Positions 30,135 to 43,600 of a DNA stretch of 64,000 nucleotides are shown here, piece after piece. The notes beneath the pieces are model-generated. The model was not told the origin of the DNA. It searched no databases and saw nothing but the letters and a program-made list of their open reading frames with translations. This DNA comes from Candidatus Obscuribacteraceae bacterium (GTDB lineage: Bacteria > Cyanobacteriota > Vampirovibrionia > Obscuribacterales > Obscuribacteraceae), in contig JBGAHS010000002.1 in assembly GCA_044226015.1 (NCBI GenBank), forward strand, positions 320,001 to 384,000. The letters are read 5' to 3'. Every line of letters begins with the position of its first letter. The stretch's first letter is position 1. Both the position numbers and the translations under genes were made by a program.

Positions 30135-31346
30135 TTACATGAATCGGTTGAGAGCACGGTTTGCTTTTACAACGTTCAGTTTTGCAACAGACAATTCAAC
30201 TGGTGAAGGTGGCAATGGTTGCGGGTTCAATGCGATTTCGAGTCCGCGTTGTACGTTCATCATCTCATCTTCTTCCATCACGCGACCGAGTCTTTCATCT
30301 GGTGAAGGTGGCAATGGTTGCGGGTTCAATGCAATCTCGCGTCCGCGTTGTACGTTCATCATTTCATCTTCTTCCATTACTCGACCAAGTCTTTCATCTG
30401 GTGAAGGAGGCAATGGCTGTGGGTTCAATGCAATTTCGCGTCCGCGTTGTACGTTCATCATCTCATCTTCTTCCATTACTCGACCAAGTCTTTCATCTGG
30501 TGAAGGAGGCAATGGCTGCGGGTTCAATGCTACTTCGCGACCATGTGCACCAAGCATCGCGGATCGGATTGCATCATCTGGCGAAGGGGGCAATGGTTGC
30601 GGATTCAATTCGCTTTCGTTAAAGCGCACGCGAGCATTTTGAATCTGCGAGCGCATACCTTGCTCAGGTGCTGGAGGCAATGGTTGTGGATTCAGTTCCA
30701 GCTCAACCGAACGGTGCCCCTGGATGTCCTTAATCATCGAAGTCATAGCTTCATCTGGATGTGGTGGCAATGGTTGCGGGTTCAATTCGTTCGGACCTTC
30801 AGCAACCTGCGATTGTCTGAACTTGCCGAATCTGGTGTTCATCATTTCATCTGGATGTGGCGGCAATGGCTGTGGATTCAATTCATCAGTTGTCCAGCCA
30901 GTAGACTTGTGCATTTGTGCGATATCGTCGCGACGAGTTTGATTCGCAAGATAATCTTTCAAGTGACTGCTGCTCAATTCATCTGGATGCGGGGGCAATG
31001 GCTGCGGATTCAGTTCCTCTGCGGCATGCTTGAACAAATTGCCACCACTACGAGCACCACCACCGAGAATTCCTTTAGCAAGTCCCAGTTCAGCGGTCAA
31101 AAGTGGAGCAGCCATTCCCAATCCAACACCGGCTACTGCCTTAGCGCCATCGAGAGCGGAGTCAAACAGATCTACGTTACCAAAAATTCCTGATACTGTT
31201 GAAGCGGCACCACCTAGCCCTTTCATCGCGATGCTCTCAGCTGGCGAAAGAACAGAAGAATAAGCTTCCTTTGCTACAGCACCTACTCCATCAGCAACCT
31301 TCGAAGCTGTATCTTTCACTGCATCTGCGATATCGTCTAAAAACAT
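30135..31346 (-). CDS. Protein with nine LNPQPLPP repeats
   Basis: 403-aa ORF, GGAGG RBS upstream of the ATG, synonymous variation among the repeat cores. Confidence 0.85.
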   Translation of the reverse strand: MFLDDIADAVKDTASKVADGVGAVAKEAYSSVLSPAESIAMKGLGGAASTVSGIFGNVDLFDSALDGAKAVAGVGLGMAAPLLTAELGLAKGILGGGARSGGNLFKHAAEELNPQPLPPHPDELSSSHLKDYLANQTRRDDIAQMHKSTGWTTDELNPQPLPPHPDEMMNTRFGKFRQSQVAEGPNELNPQPLPPHPDEAMTSMIKDIQGHRSVELELNPQPLPPAPEQGMRSQIQNARVRFNESELNPQPLPPSPDDAIRSAMLGAHGREVALNPQPLPPSPDERLGRVMEEDEMMNVQRGREIALNPQPLPPSPDERLGRVMEEDEMMNVQRGREIALNPQPLPPSPDERLGRVMEEDEMMNVQRGLEIALNPQPLPPSPVELSVAKLNVVKANRALNRFM

Positions 31347-31655
31347 GGTTCAAAACCTCCAAAACTGTTGATGCTTTTAGAATAGTTTTCAACCATCCCC
31401 GTCTTGTCCTGGTTATGTCTCTAAAATGTCCCCGGGGTCAGCACCGACTTTCAAGATTATTTAGGAAGGACACAGGCAAAAATCCGGAAATATCTGAAAC
31501 AGCAAGCATGGAGAGACAATGGATACCAATCTAGAAGTCATCAGGACAGGATATTCTTTCCAAGCTGCTTGCGTCCAGCCGGAGATTATGACCCAAAATG
31601 CGCAAAATAAGGCACCGACCTCTTGAATGAAGAACCTCGGTCACCTTTTGTCCTG

Positions 31656-31895
31656 CTAAACAGTATTAATAGGAATGACAAATCCATCTTCTTTTATGTA
31701 AGCCCTTTCAAGCTGTACATCATGAGTGTCGCGACTTTCGGCTTCTATACATTGTTCTGTTTTTTCAAGACTTAGATAAACAAATCTGAACCGCCATTGC
31801 CCAAGAGCAGAGATCAATTCAAAGTTCTCCCCTGCCAATATTGTGGGTATCGCGCTCGGTACATTAGCGTATTTAGTTGTCATTGTAAGCGTCAT
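31656..31895 (-). CDS. Small hypothetical protein
   Basis: 79-aa ATG-start ORF filling an intergenic gap; no recognisable motif. Confidence 0.4.
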   Translation of the reverse strand: MTLTMTTKYANVPSAIPTILAGENFELISALGQWRFRFVYLSLEKTEQCIEAESRDTHDVQLERAYIKEDGFVIPINTV

Positions 31896-32030
31896 ATTTC
31901 ATTAACCGCCAACAGCCCTGCAGTCCTTTGACCTGCCGAGCAGTCAGTTCACCAATCATAATGACCAACCGCCTTCAACCCGCCGAGCCGCCCCAAAGCC
32001 AGCGGGGTGCTTGCGCTCAAACCATTGCAC

Positions 32031-32069
32031 CTTTACGCTTTCTTGATAGCATCTTTTTGCGACTTTTAT
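32031..32069 (+). promoter_or_regulatory. Putative KdpE/OmpR-type operator: four direct repeats at 11-bp period
   Basis: CTTTAC 32031, CTTGAT 32042, CTTTTT 32053, TTTTAT 32064, upstream of transporter 2. Confidence 0.6.
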
Positions 32070-32132
32070 TCTGAAACGCCATAAAAAGAACTAGACTGAA
32101 CTGATGAACGGTCTTCCTTAAGCAGAATTTTT

Positions 32133-34037
32133 ATGGCAACCGCAACCCGGCGAATTCGCCAGAAGCTAAGCTTGTGGTTTCTCGAAGGAATGAGAGAACC
32201 AAGGCGAGAACAACCTAAAACACATCACAAGGCACATTGGTGGCAAGTGATGTGCTTGACTGGGGTCGATTATTTTTCGACTCTTGGTTATCAACCGGGT
32301 ATTGCATTTTTGGCAGCAGGACTGCTTTCGCCTATAGCGACCATAATTTTGGTCTTGCTAACAATTTTTGGTGCACTTCCGATTTATTCACGAGTCGCCA
32401 AAGAGAGTCCTCATGGACAGGGCTCTATATCAATGCTTGAGAATCTGCTCTCAGGCTGGTGGGGCAAAACAGTTATTCTCTGTTTACTTGGATTTGCCGC
32501 AACTGACTTCATGATCACAATTACACTATCTGCCGCAGACGCTGCTGCGCACGTGGTAACAAATCCGTTCGTTCCAGCTTTCTTGCAAAACAGAATGACT
32601 GTCACGCTAGTACTCATAACTTTGCTGGGAGCCATTTTTCTAAAGGGATTCAAGGAAGCGATTGGGGTCTCTGTATTCCTTGTTTCAACCTATTTGATAC
32701 TGAATGCAGCAGTTCTATTTGCAGCAGGCACTGACATAAGCCAACATATGAGTCGCATTGATGACTGGTGGAGCAAATTGCTGATTCAAAAAGGCTCGGT
32801 ATGGCAGATGGTCGCTGCTTCAGCGTTACTATTTCCAAAACTAGCTCTGGGTCTATCAGGCTTTGAAACTGGCGTCGCTGTTATGCCATTGGTAAAAGGC
32901 GATGACACAGATACAGAGGAAACGCCGGTCGGCAGAGTCCGAAACACGAATTGGCTGCTTCGTACAGCCGCGCTTCTGATGAGCGGATTTTTGATTGCCA
33001 GCTCGTTTGCCACAACGATTCTTATTCCAGCAGCTGAGTTTGAGAAGGGAGGGAAAGCCGATGGACGCGCACTTTCTTTTCTCACGCATCAATACCTGGG
33101 CGACGGATGGGGCACCGTATATGATATCAGCTCAATTGCAATTTTGTGGTTTGCCGGCGCTTCTGCAATGGCAGGACTCCTGCAACTTGTACCAAGGTAT
33201 CTGCCACGCTTCGGCATGGCGCCTGATTGGGCAAAAGCAATTAGACCGCTTGTTTGCTTTTTCACGGTAGTAGCATACGCAATTACGTACATCTTCAATG
33301 CTGACGTTGATGCACAAGGAGGTGCTTATGCCACTGGAGTTCTCGTATTGATGACTTCGGCAGCTCTTGCCGTTACTCTAAGCGCGTGGAAAGAAGGAAT
33401 TCTTGCGCGTGTTGGATTCACAACGATTCTTGCGGTCTTCGCCTACACGCTTATCATCAACTGCTGGGAACGCCCAGACGGCTTAAAGATTGCGTCATTC
33501 TTCATCGGCACTATTTTGTGCACGTCACTTTTTTCGCGTTCAATCCGAGCCACAGAATTGCGCGTCACGAATGTAAGTCTAGATGATTCGGCAAAGCAGA
33601 TTTTGGCAGAACTCAAAGGCCAGGAAATTGCAATAGTAGCGCACCGCCCTGGCGGAACGGATTACAACTTCAAAGAACTTGAAGCTAGACGCACACATAG
33701 AATAACTGAACCGATGATCTTCCTTGAAATTTATCGGGGCGATGCCTCCGAGTTCACCGAGGAATTGCATGTGAGAGGACTGGTTAAGGGCGGCTACAAG
33801 GTGTTCCAATGCGAGAGCCCTGCAGTTCCCAATGCGATTGCGGCTCTTCTCTTGCATTTGAGAGACTCAACAGGACAATTGCCTCATGTCTATTTTGGAT
33901 GGACCGAAGGGCATCCCATCAGTTACGTGCTGAAGTACATATTTTTTGGCGAAGGCGAGACGGCTCCTCTGGCGCGGGAGGTTTTGCGGGCTTGCGAGCC
34001 CGACCCGATGCGCCGTCCACACGTGCACGTAGGCTGA
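32133..34037 (+). CDS. APC-superfamily transporter, KimA/YdaO-like (putative K+ uptake), paralog 2
   Basis: Colinear and highly similar to 27777..29690, with the same C-terminus [13 protein letters not shown]. Confidence 0.8.
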   Translation: MATATRRIRQKLSLWFLEGMREPRREQPKTHHKAHWWQVMCLTGVDYFSTLGYQPGIAFLAAGLLSPIATIILVLLTIFGALPIYSRVAKESPHGQGSISMLENLLSGWWGKTVILCLLGFAATDFMITITLSAADAAAHVVTNPFVPAFLQNRMTVTLVLITLLGAIFLKGFKEAIGVSVFLVSTYLILNAAVLFAAGTDISQHMSRIDDWWSKLLIQKGSVWQMVAASALLFPKLALGLSGFETGVAVMPLVKGDDTDTEETPVGRVRNTNWLLRTAALLMSGFLIASSFATTILIPAAEFEKGGKADGRALSFLTHQYLGDGWGTVYDISSIAILWFAGASAMAGLLQLVPRYLPRFGMAPDWAKAIRPLVCFFTVVAYAITYIFNADVDAQGGAYATGVLVLMTSAALAVTLSAWKEGILARVGFTTILAVFAYTLIINCWERPDGLKIASFFIGTILCTSLFSRSIRATELRVTNVSLDDSAKQILAELKGQEIAIVAHRPGGTDYNFKELEARRTHRITEPMIFLEIYRGDASEFTEELHVRGLVKGGYKVFQCESPAVPNAIAALLLHLRDSTGQLPHVYFGWTEGHPISYVLKYIFFGEGETAPLAREVLRACEPDPMRRPHVHVG

Positions 34038-34066
34038 ACTTTCTATGGAGATGTAGTGAGCTGGTG

Positions 34067-34235
34067 GAAAATCTTCGCATCCTCGCCCGCAGATAAACCC
34101 TGGAACTCCACCGGTACCGATGTAGTTTCTTAGAAAATCTTCGCATCTTCGCCCGCAGATAAACCCTAGAACTCCACCGACCGTGTAGTTTCTTAGAAAA
34201 TCTTCGCATATTCGCCCGCAGATAAACCCTGGAAC
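34067..34235. repeat. About 2.6 copies of the palindromic-core repeat family, reverse orientation to the 25.9-kb array
   Basis: GAAAATCTTCGCAT..TCGCCCGCAGATAAACCCT.GAAC x3; ACTCCACCGGTACCG in the first unit. Confidence 0.88.
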
Positions 34236-34649
34236 ACGCCCCTCAACATAACGAATACTAGACAGTTCCAATAAATGCGAACCAGGGTTCTCAATCGTCA
34301 CTGACAAAACAGATTCACCACTTCGAATACAAAACTCACCAACGCATTCATCGCCAACAGCTCTTCACTCGCAGAAGTACAAGAAGACAAACCATCATGT
34401 ACGGTTTTAAGTCACTAAAAGCTATGTTTTTCTCAGCTGAATCAACTCGCAGACAAACACACAGTAGCTCTAAACCCTGAGAGACTCATTCTGACATTAC
34501 TTTCCAAGTTTCCAGAATTTAGATTAATCACTATCTTTTGGTATTTCGCGAAACATAAACAAGCCCTGCCAATTTCACGTTTAGGCTATAATCCTTGAAC
34601 GGCCTACGGGTGTAGGCTTTCGTGTTGTGGCGATTGTGGGAATTAACAA

Positions 34650-37600
34650 ATGAAAAAGAGATTGAAAAAACGAATCAGCAAGCGCAAGACTATGTCTTTT
34701 GCGGCGTTGGTAACGTTAGTAAATAGTTTCCCAAATTGCGCACATGCTGAGCAAGGGGTGCCGCTCCAGCCTGTTCTTGTTTCCCTGACCACTAACACCA
34801 AAGCCCAATCAGGGGTAACGATTCAATCTAACACTGCGGTACTTGATGTTAGCAACACGCCCGTCACACGAATCAACGGCAATCTGACAAACCATGGCAC
34901 ATTGTATGTAGTGTCGACTAACCCCCAAGTTGATGTAGCGAAAATCATTGCCCAGAACATTTTCAACACACACGGAGCCACCATCACAACGGTACTTCCA
35001 ACTGGTGGAATTCAAGGCTTCGAAAGCGCCATACCAAATCTCAGCCTAACGCTGGCTGCGATCAGAAACATAGTAAACAATGGAATCATATCCAGCGCAG
35101 GCAATTTGAATCTGGTTGCTGGTGGCACAATAACAAACGCGCCATCCGCCTCTGCCACCCAAGCCAGCGCTGCGCTTCAAGCTACAAACAACATCAACAT
35201 TCTTGCTTCATCCATCATCAATCATGGGGTCATTGCATCTCAACTGGGAAATGTGGCGCTAGCCAACGCTTCCACTTACACAGCGACAGTTCAGCAGCTG
35301 GGACTGAGCAATATCTCTTCAATGCTGAGCAAAACCATCTCAATCAACAACAATGCAGGATTGATCTCTGCGCTGAACGGACAGGTTTGTGTTGGTTCAT
35401 CGAACTTGCTTGCCAAATCGACCCTCACCATGATTGGTGGCACAATCGATTCGCCCACGATCAATTTTGATTCTGGAAATGGTGCATTAAAGGCTTTCCT
35501 CAACAACGCAACGGGCACTGTAAACGTCGCTGGACTAAATGCACAATTCGGTACGACCTCACCAACATTAACCTTAGGGTCCTTAAACATCACCGGTGAC
35601 CCTACCTTCTTTAACACTGGCAACATCTCTATTATCAGCGACATTATAGTGCCAGAGAATCTTGCAATCATTGCTGGCGGCAACATAACTGCAGCATCAC
35701 CGGTGACAATTGCAACCACAGATGCAAATGGTCAGGGTCATGACGTATACATAGTTGCAGGCGCCGCCTTCACTCTAGCTGGAAATCCAACTCCTTCCAG
35801 TACATTGCTGACTGGTGGCACGCCGCTTACAAGTGCCCAGCGCGTCAATGTGATCGGAGCATCCGCCACCGGAGGCACTATTTCCTTAGGCAACTCTGTC
35901 ATTAATACAAGTTCGGGAGCTGGTGACAGAAATGGCGGAGCCATAACGCTCGTTGCGTATCCGCAGCAGGTTCTGAGCAACCCGCAAACCGGTGGCATAG
36001 AGAACGTTAACATCTTGACCGGCGGCTCAGGAAAAGGAAACAACGGAGCCATCAATGTCATTGCCGGTGGCAGCATCGGTGCTACGAACATCGCAATAAG
36101 ACAGGTTCAGGTGACGAACACTGGTGGCAGTGGACTGAAACCTGGAGCAATAAATTTCAACGCAGCACTTCCGCAGGGCAAACCATCTTTCAATGATCAC
36201 GGAATTGCATCCGCAACATTTTCACCAAGCATAACCCCGACACAGTACGACATATCAATCGACCGGATCTTAACAAATGACGGTGGTGCTATTAACGTAG
36301 TTACAGGCGGAAAAGTTACAAGCAGTTCCAAAATTGATTCCAGCGGAATTGTCTCCGGTCGCAACGGTGGAGACGTGACGATTTCCGGTGCACTAGTCAA
36401 TATAAGCGCACCAATCTATGCATCAGGAAGCGCGGGCATCCCTGGAACGAATTCCGCAGCCGGTATCGCTGGCGGTGCCGGACAAGATGGCGGCTCGGGT
36501 GGAAGAATCAGCATCACCGGAAACAATGGCATCACTATAGATGCAGACATCATCAGCAACGGCGGGGCCGGCGGCAAGGGTGGACAAGGCGGAGATGGAG
36601 CAAAAGTCAACCAGGCTGGTGCTATCGGCGGAGCCGGGGGACTGGGAGGTGGTGGCGGCAGCATCTCACTGGAAACAAAAGACGCAAGCATCACATTGAA
36701 TGCACTTGCGACCCTGAGCATGAATGGCGGACGCGGTGGCGATGGGGGCGACGGGGGACTGGGCGCGGCAGTCGTACCAGGGGGAGCCGGTACCGCCGGT
36801 GGTTCTGGCGGCGCAGCAGGACTCTCTGGTGACGGCGGCATGTTCCAATCGCTGAGTGGTAACGGCACGGTGAGCTTTTCTGGGACGATAACAGCTATCG
36901 GAGCCGCTGGTGCCATTGGCGGCGCTGGAAAAGACGGCAAAGGCGGCACCAAGGGTGGTGCAGGCGGCTCATCCGGCTCATCAAGTAACGGCGGCGATGG
37001 CGGAATGGTATCAATATCTTCAAACGCTGGCAACATAAATTTCGGAGTACTCGATTTTTCCGGTGGAGCAGGTGGAGATTCCAGCGCGGCAGGAGACGGC
37101 GGCGACGCAAATGGAGGCACGAGTTCATTCGGCGGCGACGGCGGTAGACTCTCCAGTGCGGGTAGCGGCGGCGATGGCGGAAGAATGAGCATCATCTCCA
37201 AAACCGGCGCTGTCAGCTTCCTTAACAATGTCGCTGCCGGCGGTGCGATTGGCGGAAGCATGTTAGGGCTATCCGGCAAAGGCGGGATAGGTAGCGGCAC
37301 AGGCGGGTTCGGCGGCGCGGTGCTCGACGCCGGCAGTGGCGGCTCGGGCGGGAGCCTCTTCGTCAAAACCGCTGGCACTGTCAGTACATCTGGTCTGCTG
37401 ACTTTCACTGGAGGTCAAGGTGGAGTCATTTCTGCAAGCGCTGGCGCAGGTGGCGACGGTCTCACAGGACGTGCTGGAGGCTCGCTCGGCAAAGCTGGCA
37501 GTGGCGGAAAGGGTGGCGACGTTTCACTAACCAGCTCTTCCAATTCAATAACAGTGGTTTCGACAATTGATAGCTCTGGGGGCAAAGCCGGAGATAGCGC

Positions 37601-40600
37601 TGGAACTAGCGGCGCGGGTGGCGCAGCAAAAACCGGATTCGCTGGCGGTGGCGGCAACATCGGAATGGGCGGCAGCGGCGGTAAAGGTGGCTCGATATCG
37701 CTGAGTTCAGCAGCCGTCATCACTGTAACTGGAGATTTGTTTGCGGTGGGAGGCTACGGAACAGTCCAATCTGGAGTAGCTGCTGCAGGTGGTGATAGCG
37801 CTGGTACTCAGAGTGGAGCCGGTGGTGATGGTGGCGATATAGCCAGCACAGGCGACGGCGGTGATGGTGGCAGAATAAGTCTTTCTGCTAAAGGCGATGT
37901 CATTATTACAAACATCAACGCAAGCGGCGGACATGGCGGCGACATGAATGGTGTCGCTGGAAACGCAGGCGACGGCAAGGTTGGCGGTGCAGGCGGAAGC
38001 GTCGGCAACAGCGGCAGTGGTGGCTCAAATGGTGCCGTCAGCATAACAACAAATAACTTGCTTCCACCAGGATTGATAAATGTCGACAACCATTACATTC
38101 AAGCAAATGGCGGCGACGCTGGAAATTACGAAGCAAAAGGCGGTAATGGAGGCAACGGAACGGCAGGCGTCGGGGGTGTTGGTGGCAGCCTCGGAAGCCA
38201 GGGCAAGGGCGGAGGCGGCGGCAACATCTACTTGTCGGGATATGACTTCAAACTGAACCCGGGCGGATTCATTCTTGCGCAAGGCGGAAACACACTGGGC
38301 TACGAACTCACAAAAGGAAGCTCAGGCAACGGGGGCAATGGTGGCGGCACTGGCAGCGCTAATGGTGGCAACGGCGGATTAGTTGGTTCAGCCGGAGATG
38401 GCGGCAGCGGAGGCATCATTCAACTCGACATCAAAAATACCATCTTTATAGACAACGGCGGCAACCAGTTCTTCGACTCCATCGGTGCCAGAGGTGGCGG
38501 TGTAGGCAACTTCAGCCCTCGAAGCGGCAAAGGCGGCAACGCAGGCAGCGGAAATGGAAATGGTGGAAATGGTGGCAATATAGGCGCAAATGGTAACGGC
38601 GGCGCAGGTGGTTCCATCACAATAAATGGAGACCAGGGCGACATTACGGGGACAACCGCATTTGGAACAATCGCCACCACCGGTGGTTATCTGTTTGGCA
38701 ACTACGCCCTTTCCGGAGCAGGTGGAAACGCAGGAAAGAAAGGCATTGGTGGAAAGAGTGGCAGCATAGCCAATAACGGAGATGCCGGCAAGGCGGGCGA
38801 TATTAAGATAAGCACCGGAGCAGGAAATATCAATTTGACACCACTGGTTGCAGTGGGCGGTGACATCCTTTTTGGCTACTCGCCGACGACAGGAGATGGT
38901 GGCACAGGCGGAAGCATCTCAGGAAACGGTGGAAACAGTGGTTCAATTGGAAACAACGGTAAAGGTGGCAAAGGTGGCAACATCACTGTAAGCACCAAGA
39001 CTGGTGACATCGGCACAGCTGGCAACGTAGGAGCATCGTTCCTCTCTCCGGGAGGACGCATCAGCACCCTGGAAAACTCCAGCCCAACAACCGGTCGGGG
39101 TGGTGATGCCATCGATGGCAACGGCGGCAGCAGCGGCAGCATCGGTACTAATGGAGCCGGTGGGGACGGCGGTTCAGTCACTCTTAAATCAGACAGCGGC
39201 AAAATCACACTAACAAAAGCAGGCACGATTGCCACTGGCGGTGACGGAGGTACCTTCCTCGCGCACACCGGTGATGGTGGCAACAGCACAACAGCTCGCG
39301 CAGGCAGCAGCGGAAACATTGACAAAAACAGCGGCGGTGGCAAAGGCGGACAAATCACCATAACCAGCAAAACAGGCGACGTTACGAATGCGGGAATACT
39401 TGTAGTACAGGGTGGAAGTGCCTACGGCAATCAGAGCGTCACTGGAAATGGTGGTATCTCATTGCAAGACACAGGCGGCACCAGCGGTAACATCGGACGA
39501 GGTGGAGACGGCGGCAATGGCGGCGACATCATTCTGTTTTCCGGCGGCAACATAAACAACCAGGAAGCTCTCATAGCAGCTGGCGGAAACGCAGCTTCAG
39601 AAACCTATAAGCCAATTACAGGGAACGGCGGTAATGGGGCTATTAAAGGTGGCAATTCCGGCTTCATAGATGCCGCAGGCAGCGCAGGCGGAGGGGGAAC
39701 TATAAAAGTTGTCTCCACTGGTTCCACAGCTTTGAACCTTGACCGGCTGCTGGTCGATGGTGGATTTTCCGGCTTTCTGACTCTGTTTACCCCCACAAAG
39801 GTAAACATGGAAGGGCAAACTGGCAAGGGCGGCAACGGTGCCGTCGGCGGTGACGCAGGGCGCGTTGGTGACGCCGCTACCGGCGGAAAAGCCGGAGAAA
39901 TAACACTTATAGTACAAACCTCTATCGACAAAGTGAGCTCATTAGGTGCAAGTGGTGGATTTGGCGGCGACCAAAAAGGCATCGGTGGTGAGGGTGGCAC
40001 TGGCACCAGAACTGGTGGCAAAGGAGGCGCTGTAGGAGGAGGCGGTGGTGGCGGCGGTGGCGGACTGATCACCGTAGAGTCCGCAGACGGACCATCAATA
40101 CAAATTCGCGACCTGGTCGCAACGGGCGGCGCTGGCGGCAATAATTCTGGCAAAGGCGGGCGCGGAGGAGATGCAACGGAAAGCACCGGCGCTGCTGGCG
40201 CAGGTGGCAAGGTCGACACAGCTGGAGACGGTGGCACCGGAGGCGAAGCTGACATTTCAATTCTGAATCTCATCGGACCCACAAGCATAACGGCCTACGC
40301 TGATTCAAAAACCGGAGCAGACGCATGGAACATGTCCGGCGGCTCCGGCGGCAAACAGACTGGTATTGGCGGCATTGGCGGCAACGGCATGGGCGGCATC
40401 ACAGGCACCAAGGATAGTGTCGGTGGAGCTGGCGGCATAGTAGAGCGCAGTGGTGGCGGTGGTGATGGCGGAACCCTCAAGGTGAGCCTGCCAGCGGGGT
40501 TACTCACAATTTTCGATGTGACAATAACCGGTGGAAACAGCGGTGAAAATAGCGGAAAAGGCGGCAACGGCGGATACGCAAGCGGGTTGAAAACCGGCGG

Positions 40601-43600
40601 CAAAGGCGGCGACGTAAACGGGCAGGGTCCAGCCGGCGCAGGTGGCACCTTCAAATTTAGCGGAGCAGACATCTTTATAGAGCCCAAAGAAACAACACCA
40701 CCAACCCTGACCGAAACCTTTAACCTGAATGGTGGCAACGCAGGCATCTACACCGCAGTATCAGGAAAGGGCGGAGCTGGCGGCGGCCCGGGAGGTGATG
40801 GTGGAAACATAAATGCTGGAGGTTTTGCTGGCATAGGCGGCACGTTCGAGATCAGTGCTTCAAACTCAGTAACGTTCCAAGATAGCACCATAAGCGTAAA
40901 TGGCGGAAATAGACTTTCAATTTCTGTCACAGCAGGAGATGGTGGCAATGGTGGACGCTCGAAGATCGCCGGCGCAGGCGGAGATGGTGGCGGCATCAAG
41001 TCTAATGGTGGCGCCGGAAAAGCTGGCTCAATCAGCATCAGCAGCCTTGAATCCGATGTGACAGCCAAAGGTAGTCCTGTTTTGCTGGCGAACGGGGGTG
41101 ACTCCAGTGCTGGAACCTTCACGAGTGGCAACGGCGGTACTGGATATCTGCTCGGACGAGGCGGCAACGGTGGTGACATCGCCGCCGGTCCAAGCGCCGC
41201 TGGAGAGGGAACGGTGAGTATTAGTGCCAAGGGCAATATTCAATTGCCGACAATCAATCTAATTGGCGGCTCGATAATATCCACTTTCGTTGCAACTAGC
41301 GGAAACGGTGGAACTGGCGGAACCCAGGAAGGCAATGGCGGCAATGGCGGACCCATCGCAAGTAACGGCGATGCTGGCAAAGGCGGAACACTAACTCTCA
41401 AAACCGGCGACGACAAATCCAAGGTGTCAGGCGACATCTTAATCACAGACATCAATGTCAATGGTGGCTCAGTTGGTGACATGCTAGTAATCAGTGGCAA
41501 TGGCGGAAACGCAGCAACTAAGCTTGGTCAGACATTTACTGGAGGACAGGGTGGCGTCATTCAGAATAACGGAAACGGTGGTGATGGCGGCTCAATTGGA
41601 ATAATAACCGCAGGCGCTGTTGCGGCGAGCGGAAACTGGACTGCTATTGGAGGCAACGTAGGAAACTTCAACGGAACCGGCGGCAACGGCGGAAGTGGAA
41701 CACCAGCAGTTGTGGACTCGAAGGACAGCGTTACACAAGGTGGCTCAGGTGGTGGCGCAGGCATTCTGGGCAAGAATGGTCTAGGCGGCAGCGGCGGTAG
41801 CGTTAAAATCGAAGCAAAATCCCTCGACATTAGCTTCACTAATGAGCTAAAAGCATATGGTGGAAACGTAGGAAACTACAAAGGAGTCAGCGGCAATGGC
41901 GGAGACGGCGGAGCTGGAGGTGGTGATGGAGGTTTGCTCGGCAGCGGCGGAACTGCTGGTTTCGGCGGTATCGTCGACATCTCGGCAGAGAACGGCGACA
42001 TCTCTACCGTATCAATTAATGTGAACGCAGGACTGATAGGAACTTATTCCGCCACAGCGGGCAATGCCGGCTACTCGCCACGCACCGGGGGAGTTGGCGG
42101 TTCAACCGGAGACGCCGGATCTGGAGCCGGTGGAGGCAAGGTCGTGCTCAGCACCCAAGGTGGTGCGGTGACTATCACTGGCAGCGTAACAGCCAACGGA
42201 TCTGCAGGAGCCGACAATTCAGCAAGCAACAAAGCATCAAACGGTTCAGATGGCTTGCTTAAAGGCGGAAATGGCGGCTCTACTGGATCTTCCGGTGACG
42301 GCGGCAGTGGCGGTAGAATAGAAGTAACGTCTAAGAACTCGTCTGTTTCCATAACTGGAGACCTGTTTGCCAACTCGGCTGCAGGTGGCAATCAAGCCGG
42401 AATCGCAGGCAAAGGCGGCAATGCATCTACAAAAATATCGAAACCTGACACTGGAATTGCTGGTTCTGGTGGAGCGGTGGCGATATCTGGTGCAGGCGGA
42501 CAAAACTCCCTTAAGGGAGTTCTGATAGGAATTGAGCTCACAAGCGGAACCACGCTTACAGTAGGCGGCGGCATTCAATCAAACGGAGCAAATGGCGGCG
42601 CAAACACAGGACACGCTGGCGATGGCGGCACAGCGCTGAGAGTTGGTGGTATAGGCGGGAACCTTGGTGGTACCGGCGCTGGTTCGAATGCTGGCGCAAT
42701 TAAGCTGACCGCACCAACAATTTCTGTAACTGGAAACATCTCCGGCAATGGTGGCTCAGGCGGCTCACAAGTCGGCGGTGTAGCCGGCAACGGAGGCAAC
42801 GCCACAGGTCCTGACGGCATCGGAGGAAATGGAGGCAAAGTCATCAGCACCGGCAGCGGTGGCAACGGCGCCACCATAGTAGTCACGGCCTCAGTCGACC
42901 CAGGATTGAAAGCTCAATCTAGCTTCGCGGCTGGACTCGTCGGAGCCCAGATACCTGGAACCATCGGAGGGCTGGGAGGAACTGGCGCAAAGCAAAATGG
43001 ATTAAACGGCGTCATTGAGAATTTCGGTAAGAATGGAACAAACGGCTCGTATACGTTCAATATCCTTACCTTAAATGAATGGAACACTGAAGACTCCAAC
43101 GAGCACGACTTGCGCAAGAGAAAGATGCGACCATCGCTGATTGCCATTGACAGTCGTAAACACTCGTATTCGGATTATGTGCAAATTCCTGACGAAACCG
43201 CATCCGAACTGAAGGAGATAGGCTTTGTCCAACTCGTGACACCGCCACCAGTATCAACCCTGCAAATGGTAGTCTCACAAAGAGATGGGTTAAATACACT
43301 TATCGAGACGGAGAGACTGTCACCGGAAGCAGCTCAAAAGCTTGCTGCCCACGGTGTTTCCATAGCAGTTGGATCTGGAGACGAAAGCTACGTTTTGAAA
43401 TATGGCAGCATCATGTTTGCTCCAACACATAACATAGTGGTAAGAACCAATGCAGGGAAATTCTCTATCGCTGGAGGCAGCAAGGTGATAGTCACTGCCA
43501 GCGATCACGAAACGATAGTGCGCAATCTGCATGACCGAAAAATTGGTGATGTCTGCGTCTTCAATGGCACAAGAAGAATCGCGATCGAATTGGGAATGCA

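Noticed and set aside
30200..31020. CRISPR-like DNA repeat with variable spacers
   Set aside because: All spacings are multiples of 3, variation falls at synonymous positions, and the array lies in one open frame with an RBS; it is a coding repeat
35291..43147. Many Pro-rich minus-strand ORFs
   Set aside because: Antisense shadows of Gly codons in the 3072-aa gene
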